Shown here one piece after another: positions 1 through 9,929 of a DNA stretch of 64,000 nucleotides. Location: the NCBI GenBank assembly GCA_021813325.1, contig JAKALA010000016.1, positions 82-64,081 on the forward strand, given 5' to 3'. The position numbers and the translations under genes are program-made. Position 1 is the stretch's first letter; every line of letters begins with the position of its first letter. This DNA is from a bacterium. GTDB taxonomy: Bacteria; Verrucomicrobiota; Verrucomicrobiia; Limisphaerales; UBA11358. Below the pieces are notes generated by a model that had not been told where the DNA came from, made no database searches, and saw nothing but the letters and a program-made list of their open reading frames with translations.

Positions 1-94
1 CCACTCCCTTTCTCAAATCCCGGGGGCAGTGTCAAGATGCGCCCAGCCGGGCGCGTTCTTCCATGCCAACTTTGCGGCTTGAAGTTATGGCCAT

Positions 95-128
95 GAAAAA
101 CCGGCAAGCTCCAGTGGAACTTGCCGGT
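95..128 (-). terminator. Rho-independent terminator downstream of the 173..2836 gene
   Basis: 9-bp stem ACCGGCAAG (100-108) / CTTGCCGGT (120-128) with an 11-nt loop. On the minus strand a T-run follows (complement of A96-A100). It lies 45 nt past the stop codon at 173. Confidence 0.6.
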
Positions 129-172
129 GTGTTTCTACCCGGCGTTACTATTTATGCCAAAAGCTGGAACGG

Positions 173-2836
173 TCAGGGTTGCCGCAACAGATAAAAGCGC
201 GTGGAATTGGTCGCCGAACTTGAGTCGCTAAATTGATATTGTCCGGAGCCGGAAGGGGTTTCTATCGCCGTGCCAATCACCGGCCAACTCGCGACTGGCG
301 CCGCCAGATTGTTGGTGGCAAGGATCGAGAAACTCAAGCCCGGCGCATTGGTGAAACTGAAGGACACCATTGCCGACGAACCGGTCCCGGAAATTTTAAC
401 CGATCCGGGCGTGATGCTAATGGGCGTAAGAACCACGGAACCGGAACCCAAGTTGATGGCCGCCGTGGCCGGACTCAGTTGATTGTAAAAATTGGTGCCG
501 CTGGAATTGGCATAGGAATACACGGAGAAATAGCACCACGAGGCCGGCAGATTGGTGACGTCCACCGAGGTTCCTGATCCGGCATAGACCACCACATTCG
601 AGGCCCCGAGATTGGCGCCGAGGCTGAAATCAGCATTCGCAGTGGCCGAAAAATCGTCACCACTCATCGGCTGGCGGGTGGCGCCCATCAGGGGATGCGC
701 GATCACCACGCTGCCCAAACTGCCGGCGCCGGCCACCCAACTGGCAGTCACCTGACCGGGCGCGGAATTGGTGAGTTTCAACCCGTTGGGCGCCGCCGGG
801 GCATGGACATTATTGGTCACGCCACCGTCCAGCGTGAAAACCAGATTATCGAACTCCGACGCGGCGGTGTTGCCGGTGAATGTCTGATCCACAATGCCGA
901 CCTGCATCGCCACCCCGGCATATTCCGGGCGATCTTCGGTTCCGACGAGAATCCAAGGATCCAGCGCGTGAGCCTTTTGATAAAAATTAAACGTGTTGGT
1001 TTGGCGCTGAATCATGATGAAAGGCATGGCCGGCGGGTTTTGGAAATACGTTTCCGCATACGATCCGGAGATGGACCGGCGCGAAAAATTACCGATGCCA
1101 TATTCGTTGAAACCAATCCATTGGAGGAAATTTTCGGTATAGGCCAGATTAAACGGCGCCCGCACCATGAGTCCCGGCATATGGTAGGCATTGGTGCCGT
1201 TATCGGAATCAAATTTCGTGATCTGGATCGCCACGCTGAAATCTCCGCTCACGACGCGATAGAGGAAAAAGCCGGAGTCCGCTCCCACATTAAATCCGCC
1301 ATCGTGGGTGGCCACGCTCAACCGGCCAGGCTGCGTCATCCCGGCGTTGGCAGTCAAAGTTTCCGTCGGGCCTGAGGCGATTTCCCCCGAGGCCAGGTCC
1401 AGATCGTTGGTGTCCAGCAACAGCCCGGACCAGAACGTGCCGGCGAGGCCATCCACCAGATAATTCCTCGGCGCGCTGAAATCATCCGTCACCGGCACTT
1501 TGACCACCGTCAAATTACTGGAAATGGAGAGTGCGCCATAGATGGCCGTGATAGATGCGACTCCCTCGGCGAGGCCCGAAATGAGGCCGGTGGCGGATGG
1601 GGCGGCAATATTTGTTTTATCGGAACTGAAGCTGGCGGTTCCCGTAATATCAACCCTGCCGCCCGTGTCGAAAATCAGATTAACGGTTGCCTGAATGCTG
1701 TCATCCACGGCAACGGCGTTGGTGGAACCATACGAAATCATCAAACCAGTGGGATTGCCGCTCGGCGCCTGGGTGGCAAATGGCGTGTCGTTCAAGGAAT
1801 AAACCGTGGCGGCTCCGGAGCCGGAATACGCATAAACCGCGACCGTATAAGGAATGGTGGGCGTGAGATTCGTGACCGTGACACTGGTGCCACTGCCGGC
1901 GTAAACCACGTAATTGGATTGCCCCAGATCCGTGCCCGCGCCAAAGATCGCGTTGCCAGCGTAAGTATTACCGTCGAGCGGCTGGCGCGTGATCGGCTGA
2001 CTGCGGCGAACAACCACCACGCTACCATCACTCCCCGCGCCCGCCGTCCAACTGACGTCCAGGCTGTTGACCGCCGCGTTTACGACCAGATTGGTGGCCG
2101 CACCGGGCGGCGTGGAGCCGCCAACGCCCGCGCCGGTCAGGCTGAAATTCTGGAACTGCGCCGAACAAGTGTTGCCGCTGAAAGTGGAGTTGAAGATGCC
2201 CACTTGCAAATCGCTGGTCAAGTCCGTGCGCGCGGACTGATAGACCACTTCCCAATTCACGCCATCCGCAGAAGCCGAAGCGGTCAACGTGCCGTTGGTG
2301 CGGGTGATCTCCAGCCAACTGCGCCATGTGGCACTGTTGGTTTCCACATAATTGCTGCCGGAGGAAGTCCCTTCCACGCTCGCCCCATCGGTGGTGTCGC
2401 GCCAGTCCACTTCGACGCCATATTCGGCAAAGATGGAAAGATAAAGCCAGTTGGAAACGGAATTGGGATTGCGAATAAGCAACCCGCCAAAATTGTAATT
2501 GATCTGAGCCAGGCTGCTCACATGCACCGTTGCGGCAAAATCATTGGTGCCTTTCACCTGCGTCCACAGATACGGTCCATCGCCCGCATCCGCCCAGTAA
2601 CCGCCCGTATTGGTGATCGTCAACGTTCCGGGGGCCGTGATGTTCGCATCCCAAGTCGCCACGCTTGCGGGATTAATTTGGCCGGCAGTGACGCCCGCCC
2701 AAGGCGTATCGACCACGCCATTGGTTTTGAAGCTGTGCGAGGAATTAAAATTGTCGGTGAAGGTTCCCGCCTCAAGGACTGTTGCCAGTCCCAAGGCCAA
2801 TGCAAACGTCAGCAGGTTACATGGTTTAAGTTTCAT
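173..2836 (-). CDS. Large secreted multidomain protein (two ConA/LamG-like lectin-type modules, Fn3-like modules, Big_2-like Ig module, conserved C-terminal tail)
   Basis: ORF 173..2908. Start placed at the ATG at 2836 (MKLKPCNLLTFALALGLATVLEA, signal-peptide-like). The two halves are paralogous (VVYAGSGTSVTVTNL vs VVYAGSGTSVDVTNL). A Big_2-like stretch (ASFSSDKTNIAAPSATGLISGLAEGVASITAIYG) sits between them. The C-terminus ends in RFYLLRQP. Confidence 0.7.
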   Translation of the reverse strand: MKLKPCNLLTFALALGLATVLEAGTFTDNFNSSHSFKTNGVVDTPWAGVTAGQINPASVATWDANITAPGTLTITNTGGYWADAGDGPYLWTQVKGTNDFAATVHVSSLAQINYNFGGLLIRNPNSVSNWLYLSIFAEYGVEVDWRDTTDGASVEGTSSGSNYVETNSATWRSWLEITRTNGTLTASASADGVNWEVVYQSARTDLTSDLQVGIFNSTFSGNTCSAQFQNFSLTGAGVGGSTPPGAATNLVVNAAVNSLDVSWTAGAGSDGSVVVVRRSQPITRQPLDGNTYAGNAIFGAGTDLGQSNYVVYAGSGTSVTVTNLTPTIPYTVAVYAYSGSGAATVYSLNDTPFATQAPSGNPTGLMISYGSTNAVAVDDSIQATVNLIFDTGGRVDITGTASFSSDKTNIAAPSATGLISGLAEGVASITAIYGALSISSNLTVVKVPVTDDFSAPRNYLVDGLAGTFWSGLLLDTNDLDLASGEIASGPTETLTANAGMTQPGRLSVATHDGGFNVGADSGFFLYRVVSGDFSVAIQITKFDSDNGTNAYHMPGLMVRAPFNLAYTENFLQWIGFNEYGIGNFSRRSISGSYAETYFQNPPAMPFIMIQRQTNTFNFYQKAHALDPWILVGTEDRPEYAGVAMQVGIVDQTFTGNTAASEFDNLVFTLDGGVTNNVHAPAAPNGLKLTNSAPGQVTASWVAGAGSLGSVVIAHPLMGATRQPMSGDDFSATANADFSLGANLGASNVVVYAGSGTSVDVTNLPASWCYFSVYSYANSSGTNFYNQLSPATAAINLGSGSVVLTPISITPGSVKISGTGSSAMVSFSFTNAPGLSFSILATNNLAAPVASWPVIGTAIETPSGSGQYQFSDSSSATNSTRFYLLRQP

Positions 2837-3161
2837 GATTTGTTGGTATGGGTTGATTGATCGGAGCTGTCGGTTTGAACATGAACGCGGTTTCAAGCCA
2901 TCTGCCATAAGACTGCCTGGCCGGAAATTTTCAATTAACGGATGCTTCAGGCCATGACAATAACTGCCTAGCGCCTACTATCACCGGACTTCGTGGAGAT
3001 GGAATCAGCAAAACCCCCAACGGCATCACCAAAATCCACATTCTCCAACTCCGCGGCTAAATCGCTCTCAACCAAGCGCGAATTTTAGTCAGCCTTTCAC
3101 CAGTCAACGCGCATCAAGTCGGATGCCGCCTGGCTTGCGCTTTCTCGCGGGCAACCTGGCT

Positions 3162-4016
3162 TCACCACCAAAACTCCGGAATTTGGTAGGTGCCGGGCGA
3201 GTCCACTCGCGGATGCATGTTGTCAAACTTTCGCCACTCACCGTGGCCATCCAGCATGCCCACGTTGCCGCCGGACGGAATCGAGCTCTTGGTCAGATGC
3301 GCGGCCCGGTGGGCAAATGGCTGCCCCGTGGCCGGGTCGGTGTAGGACCCGTGGATTTGGGTGTATTTGTATTTATATTTCAAATCATCCATCTTCTGCC
3401 CCTGCAACGAAATCGTGGCATCCGCCAATAAAACCTGGTCCGATGGGCTTGGCGGCGGATAAGTAAAACCACCGCCAGAAAGAGCCTTGGGAATCAGGCT
3501 GACGTTGACGTTCGTGTAACACGCTTGCGTTTCAGGAAATCCCGCCATGCCTTTAAACGTATAGGCGTATCCTGTCACCCGGATCGCGCCGTAATTCCAC
3601 AAATTATCCTGATTTTGTTCGGGAAAGGCCGGACAATACATCACTCCCCGGCTCGTGCCGCTGGCCACCATCATATCCGCCGCCACCTTGGGAAGATCCC
3701 AGTTCCACGGACTGGGCAAGCCGGTCATATCCGGCAGATTGTCGCGATTATCCCCGGCATAAATCGTCAGTCCCAGACACATTTGTTTGACATTGCTGAG
3801 GCATTTGATGCGGATCGCCTTTTCTTTGGCTTTGGCCAAAGCCGGAAGCAACATGGCCGCCAGGATGGCAATGATGGCGATCACCACCAGCAGCTCGATC
3901 AAGGTGAAGCCCCGGCCCGAAGCCCGCGTGACCGGCCTCAACCGGGAAATCTTGGATTGAAACCGGCGGAACAGCAAAAGTGAAGGCCGATCCACCGGAC
4001 AAGACACCGCACTCAT
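3162..4016 (-). CDS. Prepilin-type N-terminal cleavage/methylation domain protein (DUF1559 / H-X9-DG-like pseudopilin)
   Basis: [32 protein letters not shown] is a class III signal / pilin N-terminus. The C-terminal [13 protein letters not shown] resembles the PVC-typical DUF1559 tail. The start is uncertain: ATG at 4016, upstream start at 4064, or TTG at 3941, which would give a short classic leader [11 protein letters not shown]. Confidence 0.85.
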   Translation of the reverse strand: MSAVSCPVDRPSLLLFRRFQSKISRLRPVTRASGRGFTLIELLVVIAIIAILAAMLLPALAKAKEKAIRIKCLSNVKQMCLGLTIYAGDNRDNLPDMTGLPSPWNWDLPKVAADMMVASGTSRGVMYCPAFPEQNQDNLWNYGAIRVTGYAYTFKGMAGFPETQACYTNVNVSLIPKALSGGGFTYPPPSPSDQVLLADATISLQGQKMDDLKYKYKYTQIHGSYTDPATGQPFAHRAAHLTKSSIPSGGNVGMLDGHGEWRKFDNMHPRVDSPGTYQIPEFWW

Positions 4017-4620
4017 GTTAACGATTCTCCGCTCTAATCGTTTCCAGTTCGTCTGCGCATCCATAGTTGCCAGCTTACCGGTTCGGGAAAAATTTCACAT
4101 AAGCGGAATCCACCGTTGGCTATTCCGTTTCACCATCCTTGGGAGACCACGCGGTTCTGGCTTAAGAGTGTGTCTGAAAAATCCAAAATTGCGAAAACCG
4201 CATAAAACGCTTGATTTAGCTTAAGCGCTTGTTTGAAAAAAAACGCCCAAATCGCTTGATTTGACTGGCTATTTTGCGGCTTTCATTCGCGGTTGCGCCC
4301 TTGCGGCGATGAAAATCGCTACCTACGATACCGACCTCCCCCACGGACCAATGGCACTTGCTTCGCCGCTTCCTGCCGCCGCCAAAAAACGCGGCCGCCC
4401 ACGCACCGCCCTGCGCGAGGGGATCGCCGCGTCTTCCAAGACATGACGTGCCACGGCTGCCGGGGTTTTCCCCATTGTCAGGCGACTTGATCAGGCACTT
4501 CAATGGTCGCTTGCAAAACGCTGGGAAGCCGCCCTTCACCAACCTCATGGCGATTGGCATTTGCCGGCTGGAAAGGGACATGTTCATCTCCAAAATCAAT
4601 GAACCGCCAGTTATTTCCTT

Positions 4621-6387
4621 TCAGAGCATCACCAAAGGCGTGGCTTGCGGCTGCCGCACGACGAAAGTCCCGGCGATTTTGTCGTGCCAGCCTTGTTTGT
4701 CCTTGTCCCACGCAATCCACAAATAACCCAGCAGCAACACCACCACGGAAAATGCCGCGGCCAGGCCCCGCACCAGCGCCACAATAAACGTCAGGCGCCG
4801 GTCGTCAGACCGAACAACGCGCAACTTCAGCACCACTCCGCCAATGCTGGTTCCCCGCCAGGCCCACATTCCGGAAAAATAGGCCAGCGCAATCAGCAGC
4901 GACCAGGATTGAAGACGGGCCAGGTTGACCACAATGGCGATTAAGATGATGTCCAGCAACGCCGCCAAAATGCGTTCCCACAGCGCCGCCTTCGGCAATG
5001 AGGACAACCCGGGCATGACCGGAAATGCGCTGGTTTTCGGTGCCGGCTTGGGTTCATTGAGGGGCGCAGTGCCCGCCCCCGGCGGCGTGGCGTTCGGGCG
5101 TGCGCCAGCCTCAGGTGCCGGGGCAAATTGCGGCGCCGGATCAATCAATGGCGGCGCGACTTCAGCAGTGGCCGGCTCACCGCCGGCGAAGGGCGCAGGT
5201 GCGGCCGGTGGCGGAGTCGGCGTGGCCGTAAAGGCCGCGCCCGGCGTTGATGGCGGATTCATATTCCCCGGCGTTTCCCGGCGCAGGCCGCCAAACACAT
5301 AAACCACGCCGACACCCAGGCCCCACACGCCAAACAGTAAAGCGGTTAACCCGCCCACCAGCGGTATCACATAAAGCAACGTCAGCACGGCGGCGCCCAG
5401 GAGAAAGGCCGGCAAGGGCGTTTGAAATCGATCGCCAAAATGTTTTCCCAATTTGCCGCCAATCCATTCCAAAATCGCCACTTTGCCGAGAATGGTGAAG
5501 ACCGTTACCGCCATGCCGATCACGGGTATCAAGATCACCCCCACGCCGGTGACGAATAGGATCAAATACAAAAAAGTCACCACCAGTTTGGCCAGCAATC
5601 CGAACAGGAACATTGTGGCCGCGCGGGTTTTCAAATGCTCCACGCAGGTCGCAACCGGACGGGAGAATCCCAATGCCACCAGCAAATAGAGCAGCAGGTA
5701 AATGGCCGCGATGACCCAGACGAATCCCACCTGGAACGCCAGCGGACGAAACTCGAACAAACAATATTTAATCCAGTTGCGCAGCCAGTCAAAATTGCCC
5801 AAGGGTCCGGGCAAACCGACATTCACCTTGTCGCCGCCAATCTGGGCGCCGTCGGCAACATTCAGTTTGCCGCCCACCGCCACGGTATTGCCTCTCACTT
5901 TGGCTCCAGAGTCGGCCTCAATCGATCCCATCACCGCCACCGTATCTTCGTGAACATGGGCCTTGGGGGTTAATTTCACGTTGCCTAAAACCGCCACGGC
6001 GGACTGGCCGACCTCGCCGTCCACCTCCACATTGCCCCCGATGGAAACCACCGCCTCTTTCACCTTGCCGCGGATCACAGCCGAACCGCCGATCACCACC
6101 ACGGTTTCCGCAGTGTCGTCCGCCTTCAATTCGGCATTTTGCCAAAATAACACGATTGGCTGCGAATGACCGTGGAACGATTTGGCAATGATCGGCACCA
6201 GGTCGTGATTGGGGGCCGGCTCATTGGTGGATTCCAGCGGTGCTGAATGGCTGTCATGCACCTCAGCCACCATCGGTTCAGCCGCGTTGGACTCGGCCGC
6301 ATTATCCTGGGCCAGGGCGTTATGCGTCCAAAGCCAACTGCCGAGCAACACGGAAAACAGCGGCAGGAATTTTCGGGTTCGTTTCAT
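4621..6387 (-). CDS. RDD-family membrane protein with N-terminal beta-helix (bactofilin/DUF583-like) repeat region
   Basis: Signal peptide MKRTRKFLPLFSVLLGSWLW. Repetitive VVVIGGSAVIRGKVKEAVVSIGGNVEVDGEVGQSAVAVLGNVKL... segment. Several hydrophobic helices and a Pro/Ala-rich linker. C-terminal RDD-like domain (RILAALLDIILIAIV...WHDKIAGTFVV). Only 9 nt downstream of the anti-sigma gene. Confidence 0.7.
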   Translation of the reverse strand: MKRTRKFLPLFSVLLGSWLWTHNALAQDNAAESNAAEPMVAEVHDSHSAPLESTNEPAPNHDLVPIIAKSFHGHSQPIVLFWQNAELKADDTAETVVVIGGSAVIRGKVKEAVVSIGGNVEVDGEVGQSAVAVLGNVKLTPKAHVHEDTVAVMGSIEADSGAKVRGNTVAVGGKLNVADGAQIGGDKVNVGLPGPLGNFDWLRNWIKYCLFEFRPLAFQVGFVWVIAAIYLLLYLLVALGFSRPVATCVEHLKTRAATMFLFGLLAKLVVTFLYLILFVTGVGVILIPVIGMAVTVFTILGKVAILEWIGGKLGKHFGDRFQTPLPAFLLGAAVLTLLYVIPLVGGLTALLFGVWGLGVGVVYVFGGLRRETPGNMNPPSTPGAAFTATPTPPPAAPAPFAGGEPATAEVAPPLIDPAPQFAPAPEAGARPNATPPGAGTAPLNEPKPAPKTSAFPVMPGLSSLPKAALWERILAALLDIILIAIVVNLARLQSWSLLIALAYFSGMWAWRGTSIGGVVLKLRVVRSDDRRLTFIVALVRGLAAAFSVVVLLLGYLWIAWDKDKQGWHDKIAGTFVVRQPQATPLVML

Positions 6388-6396
6388 ATAAAAAGT

Positions 6397-6861
6397 TTAA
6401 CGTTTTAAAAAAACGGTTCGGCAATAGAGCGTGCCCAGTCCCAGACACAGGGCGTAGCCCACGCCAGCCGCCACGGCCACGGCCACCAGCAATCCGCTTC
6501 CCAGTTGGTGGAATGCCAGGCCCGCTGAATCGGCCAGAACCTTCAAAGTATTTCCGATGACATCCAAGCCGGCGAACCAGCGATTCGCTTGGTGGGCCGC
6601 ATCCCCGGCAAGCCGGGTTTGCGGCACGTGCGCGCCCGCCAGACACAATCCCGCAAACAAAACCAGCATGACGACCAGCGACATCGCCTGGAGCGCTCCC
6701 GGCCACTCCGCCCAGGACCGGTGATACCACGGAATTTGGGCGCGGCGCGCGATGGCCGCCATGACCTGATCCGCCACCGTAGCGGGCGCCGGCAGCTCCG
6801 GCAGCGTTTTCAATTCACGCTGGATCAGCTTCTCCAGTTGGGTTTCTTGACCAGGCTTCAT
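6397..6861 (-). CDS. Putative membrane anti-sigma factor
   Basis: Immediately follows the ECF sigma gene (sigma stop at 6864, ATG at 6861). Short cytoplasmic N-terminus followed by hydrophobic helices. Called on position and architecture only. Confidence 0.5.
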   Translation of the reverse strand: MKPGQETQLEKLIQRELKTLPELPAPATVADQVMAAIARRAQIPWYHRSWAEWPGALQAMSLVVMLVLFAGLCLAGAHVPQTRLAGDAAHQANRWFAGLDVIGNTLKVLADSAGLAFHQLGSGLLVAVAVAAGVGYALCLGLGTLYCRTVFLKR

Positions 6862-6863
6862 GT

Positions 6864-7412
6864 TCAATTCAACGAATCTTCGGGATCCAGTTTCAGCCGC
6901 AATTTCCGTCGCAAGGCTTCCCGGCCGCGGAACAGGTCCGTTTTCACTTTGCCCAGCGAGATGCCCAATTTGGCAGCGATCTCTTCATAGCCGAGATCTT
7001 CCAGGTGATGCAACACCAAGGGCACGCGCTGAGCGGCGGGCAATTCCTGTAGCGCCCGTTCCACGGCTTCCCGGCGGTCGGACTGATTCAATGCTTCTTC
7101 AATGTTATCCGCCGCAGGAAACTCCGGCTGCGCGGGTTCGTCTTCGGTGCCGCCAAACAGCTCGGAAAAAAAACTCCAGCGCGAGCGGTAGCGGCTCAGG
7201 TGGTTCAGGCAGAGATTGGTGGCCACGGTTTTGAGCCAGCCTCCCGCAGACGGGTTGTCCTGTAGTTGAGCAAAATTCGCGTAAGCCTTCAGGAAAACCT
7301 CCTGCGTCACATCTTCCGCTTCGACTTGTTTGGCGAGCAAACGCATGGCCGTGCTAAACACCATGTTCTGGTAGTTTTGCATGAACGTCTCGAACTGCTG
7401 CGGATTTGTCAT
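6864..7412 (-). CDS. RNA polymerase ECF-type sigma-70 factor
   Basis: Region 2 (DVTQEVFLKAY, GWLKTVATNLCLNHLSRYR) and region 4 HTH (LGYEEIAAKLGISLGKVKTDLFRGREALRRKL). The first ATG is at 7412; the track start at 7430 is TTG. Confidence 0.9.
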   Translation of the reverse strand: MTNPQQFETFMQNYQNMVFSTAMRLLAKQVEAEDVTQEVFLKAYANFAQLQDNPSAGGWLKTVATNLCLNHLSRYRSRWSFFSELFGGTEDEPAQPEFPAADNIEEALNQSDRREAVERALQELPAAQRVPLVLHHLEDLGYEEIAAKLGISLGKVKTDLFRGREALRRKLRLKLDPEDSLN

Positions 7413-7444
7413 GGCTTGGCCGTGACCCAAACGGTTCGGGAGCG

Positions 7445-7474
7445 ATTCTAATTACAAATGATTGTCCGATGCAA
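7445..7474 (-). promoter_or_regulatory. Candidate sigma70-type promoter for the ECF sigma operon
   Basis: Minus strand reads TTGCAT (7474-7469), an 18-nt spacer, then TAGAAT (7450-7445), about 33 nt upstream of the ATG at 7412. Pattern match only. Confidence 0.3.
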
Positions 7475-7704
7475 AATTCTTGCATAACGAATTGGGTTTG
7501 CCGCGCAGCGGTTGATCAGCCGTAACCACCAGTGCCCGGACCGGGCCTGGCACCGGGCAGCCCGGGGAATTATTGTCCAGCGTCTTGGCCGCCACTGCCA
7601 ACGGCGGCAACGCCTGCCACCGCTTGAAAGCCGGGTTTACAATCGGTTTCACGTAAAGTCTGTTCATACCTTGAAGATATAACCCGGCAGCCCGCCGGTT
7701 TGTT

Positions 7705-7736
7705 TCAAAAAAGTTCACCGCCGGTTCGCCCGGCGG
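7705..7736 (-). terminator. Rho-independent terminator after the histidine kinase gene
   Basis: Minus strand: CCGCCGG-GCGAA-CCGGCGG hairpin (7718-7736) followed by TGAACTTTTTT. It lies 14 nt downstream of the stop at 7750. Confidence 0.6.
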
Positions 7737-7749
7737 ATGACGGTGGAGA

Positions 7750-8925
7750 TTAATCCCGCGATGGCAGCGTGCAGTAAAACGTCGCGCCTTTGCCCGGTTC
7801 ACTTTCCGCCCGCACCTCCCCGTTATGCGCATGAATGATGTGCTTCACAATGGACAGCCCCAAGCCGGTGCCGCCCTGGTCGCGGGAACGCGCCTTGTCC
7901 ACCCGGTAAAACCGCTCAAACACGCGGTCCAGCGCTTCTGGGGGAATGCCCGGCCCATCGTCCCGCACAAAAATTTCAATCCGGCCGTCGGCCAGTTTTT
8001 TGCCGCCCACGGTCACCATGCCATTCATGCGGCCATACTTGATGGCATTGTCCACCAGATTGGCGAAGACTTGATCGAGCCGGTGGGGATCGGCGCTGGC
8101 AACCAGTTCGGACATTTCACAAACCAGCCGCGTGCCTTTGCCTTCGGCCTTGGAATGCAAATCGTTTAAAACCCGCTCCGCCAGCGCCCGCAAATTCACC
8201 GGCTGCAAATCCAGTTTCATCCGGCCGGATTCCAAGGCCGAGATCGTCAGCAAATCTTGAATGAGCAAATCCAGCCGGTTGGCGTTGCGCTCGATGGTTT
8301 TGAGAAACCGCTCGGTCACTTCGGGATTGTCACGCGCGCCATCCAGCAGCGTTTCCACATAGCCCTTGATCAGCGACAGCGGCGTGCGCAATTCATGGCT
8401 GACGTTGGCGACAAACTCCTCGCGCTGCCGCTCCAATTGTTTGAGCCGGGTCAAATCGTGAAACACCAGAATGGTGCCTTCGCGCTCGCCGGCGCCGTTG
8501 GTGATCGCGGCGGCGTTCACCTGCAGCCAGCGCTCGTTCATTTCGGGCAGGCGGATGACATAATCCAGCACCTGCTTTTCGGATTCCACGCGTTTGAGCA
8601 GCTCATCCAGCTCATGCAGCCGCAGCGTTTCCACCACGGTTTTGCCCCGCAACTCCACCTTGAGGTCGAACAGATTTTTGAAGGCCCGGTTGGCGAGATA
8701 GATTTTTTTGGTGCGGTCCAGTAGCAGCAGCCCTTCCAGCATCGAATCAAACAGAATCTTTTGCTGCGCCTGCGCTTCCAGCGTGGTCTGCTGCTGGCGC
8801 TGACGCAACGCATCCAGGTCCGCCGTGCGCTGGCTTTGCAGCTCCGCAAAGCGCTGGCGCCACCGGTAGTGCAACCACACCAGAGCCGCCAAGGTCAGGA
8901 TGAATAGCGCCAGCCACACAGACAT
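7750..8925 (-). CDS. Sensor histidine kinase (PhoR-like)
   Basis: N-terminal TM helix and a PAS-like segment. HisKA H-box SHELRTPL. HATPase boxes NLVDNAIKY, DDGPGIPPE, GGTGLGLSIVK. Confidence 0.9.
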   Translation of the reverse strand: MSVWLALFILTLAALVWLHYRWRQRFAELQSQRTADLDALRQRQQQTTLEAQAQQKILFDSMLEGLLLLDRTKKIYLANRAFKNLFDLKVELRGKTVVETLRLHELDELLKRVESEKQVLDYVIRLPEMNERWLQVNAAAITNGAGEREGTILVFHDLTRLKQLERQREEFVANVSHELRTPLSLIKGYVETLLDGARDNPEVTERFLKTIERNANRLDLLIQDLLTISALESGRMKLDLQPVNLRALAERVLNDLHSKAEGKGTRLVCEMSELVASADPHRLDQVFANLVDNAIKYGRMNGMVTVGGKKLADGRIEIFVRDDGPGIPPEALDRVFERFYRVDKARSRDQGGTGLGLSIVKHIIHAHNGEVRAESEPGKGATFYCTLPSRD

Positions 8926-9018
8926 TATTTAGCCACAAACGCCGCGCGGATGAAACCCGGATTCCGGCCGGCGCTTGACGGAAGTTGAGGAGGATTCATC
9001 CGCAAGTCTCTGGGACAA

Positions 9019-9720
9019 TTATTCAACGAATCGATAGCCCACGCCACGCACCGTGTCCAGGTGCTTGGCCGCCGGTCCGATTTTTTCGCGCAGACGGCGC
9101 ATGTGCGTGTCCACCGTGCGGGTGTCGATCAAGCTGTCGTATTCCCACACATCGCGCAGCAACTGGTCGCGCGACTGCACGCGGCCGGAACGCTGGGCGA
9201 GCACGGTCAGCAGCTTGAATTCCGTGGCCGTCAATTCAATCGGCTTGTTTTTCCAACTGGCAACGTGCCGCGGCAGATCAATCATCAAATCGCCAAAGCG
9301 CAATTGTTCCTTGGGCTTTTCCTCCGCCTGGGCGCGGGAGAGAATCTTCTTCACGCGCAACATCAATTCACGCGGGCTGAACGGCTTGGTCAGGTAATCA
9401 TCCGCGCCCAGTTCCAATCCGAGCACGCGGTCGATTTCCGCCGCCTTGGCCGTGAGCATGATGATCGGCACCTTGGCCGTGGCGGCGTCCAGCCGCAGCG
9501 TCTTGCAAATCTCAAAGCCGTCCATCTCCGGCAACATCACATCCAAGACGATCAGATCGGGGGGTTGTGAACGGGCTTTTTTCAGCGCTTCCGCGCCGTC
9601 CATCGCCGTGCTGACGGCATAGCCGGCCTGCTTCAGGTTGAACTCAACGAGTTCCACCGCTTCCGGCTCATCATCCACAACTAAAATTCGCGGTTTCACA
9701 CTTGGAGGATGACATGCCAT
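9019..9720 (-). CDS. OmpR/PhoB-family response regulator
   Basis: Receiver domain (ILVVDDEPE, DLIVLDVMLPEMDG, LTAK) plus winged-helix output (LTATEFKLL, VRGVGYRF). ATG at 9720; the track start at 9762 is further upstream. Confidence 0.9.
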   Translation of the reverse strand: MACHPPSVKPRILVVDDEPEAVELVEFNLKQAGYAVSTAMDGAEALKKARSQPPDLIVLDVMLPEMDGFEICKTLRLDAATAKVPIIMLTAKAAEIDRVLGLELGADDYLTKPFSPRELMLRVKKILSRAQAEEKPKEQLRFGDLMIDLPRHVASWKNKPIELTATEFKLLTVLAQRSGRVQSRDQLLRDVWEYDSLIDTRTVDTHMRRLREKIGPAAKHLDTVRGVGYRFVE

Positions 9721-9929
9721 AGACCGCCGCACAATTTCAATTCCGTGACAACCAGGTGACAATTCCGCAACGAATCCATTTCATCCGCCAAAACCGGCGA
9801 ATATCGTCCACCAGCCAGACCTTCCAGCGTGCCGAAATCGGTTGAACTCAACCGGCGACCGGTCAATTTACGGGCCGGACACTCGACATTTTTGTTTTGT
9901 GCCCGGCTGAATTTTGCCACGCTCGCGGC

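Noticed and set aside
4216-4599. 127-aa minus-strand ORF and several 60-120-aa plus-strand ORFs in the 4.07-4.62 kb spacer
   Set aside because: They are mutually overlapping with no motifs, no SD and poor composition. Only the 45-codon ATG-started ORF is kept, as a low-interest note.
7413-7440. GAAC motif (CCGAACCGTTTGGGTCAC) just upstream of the ECF sigma ATG as an autoregulated ECF promoter
   Set aside because: It lies only about 24 nt from the start codon, and no matching -10 (CGT-type) element sits at the right spacing. It cannot be supported.
7452-7832. 126-aa minus-strand ORF in the spacer between the kinase and ECF sigma genes
   Set aside because: It overlaps the 3' end of the kinase gene and spans the terminator hairpin. 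Its composition is not protein-like. The region is better explained as terminator plus promoter/leader.
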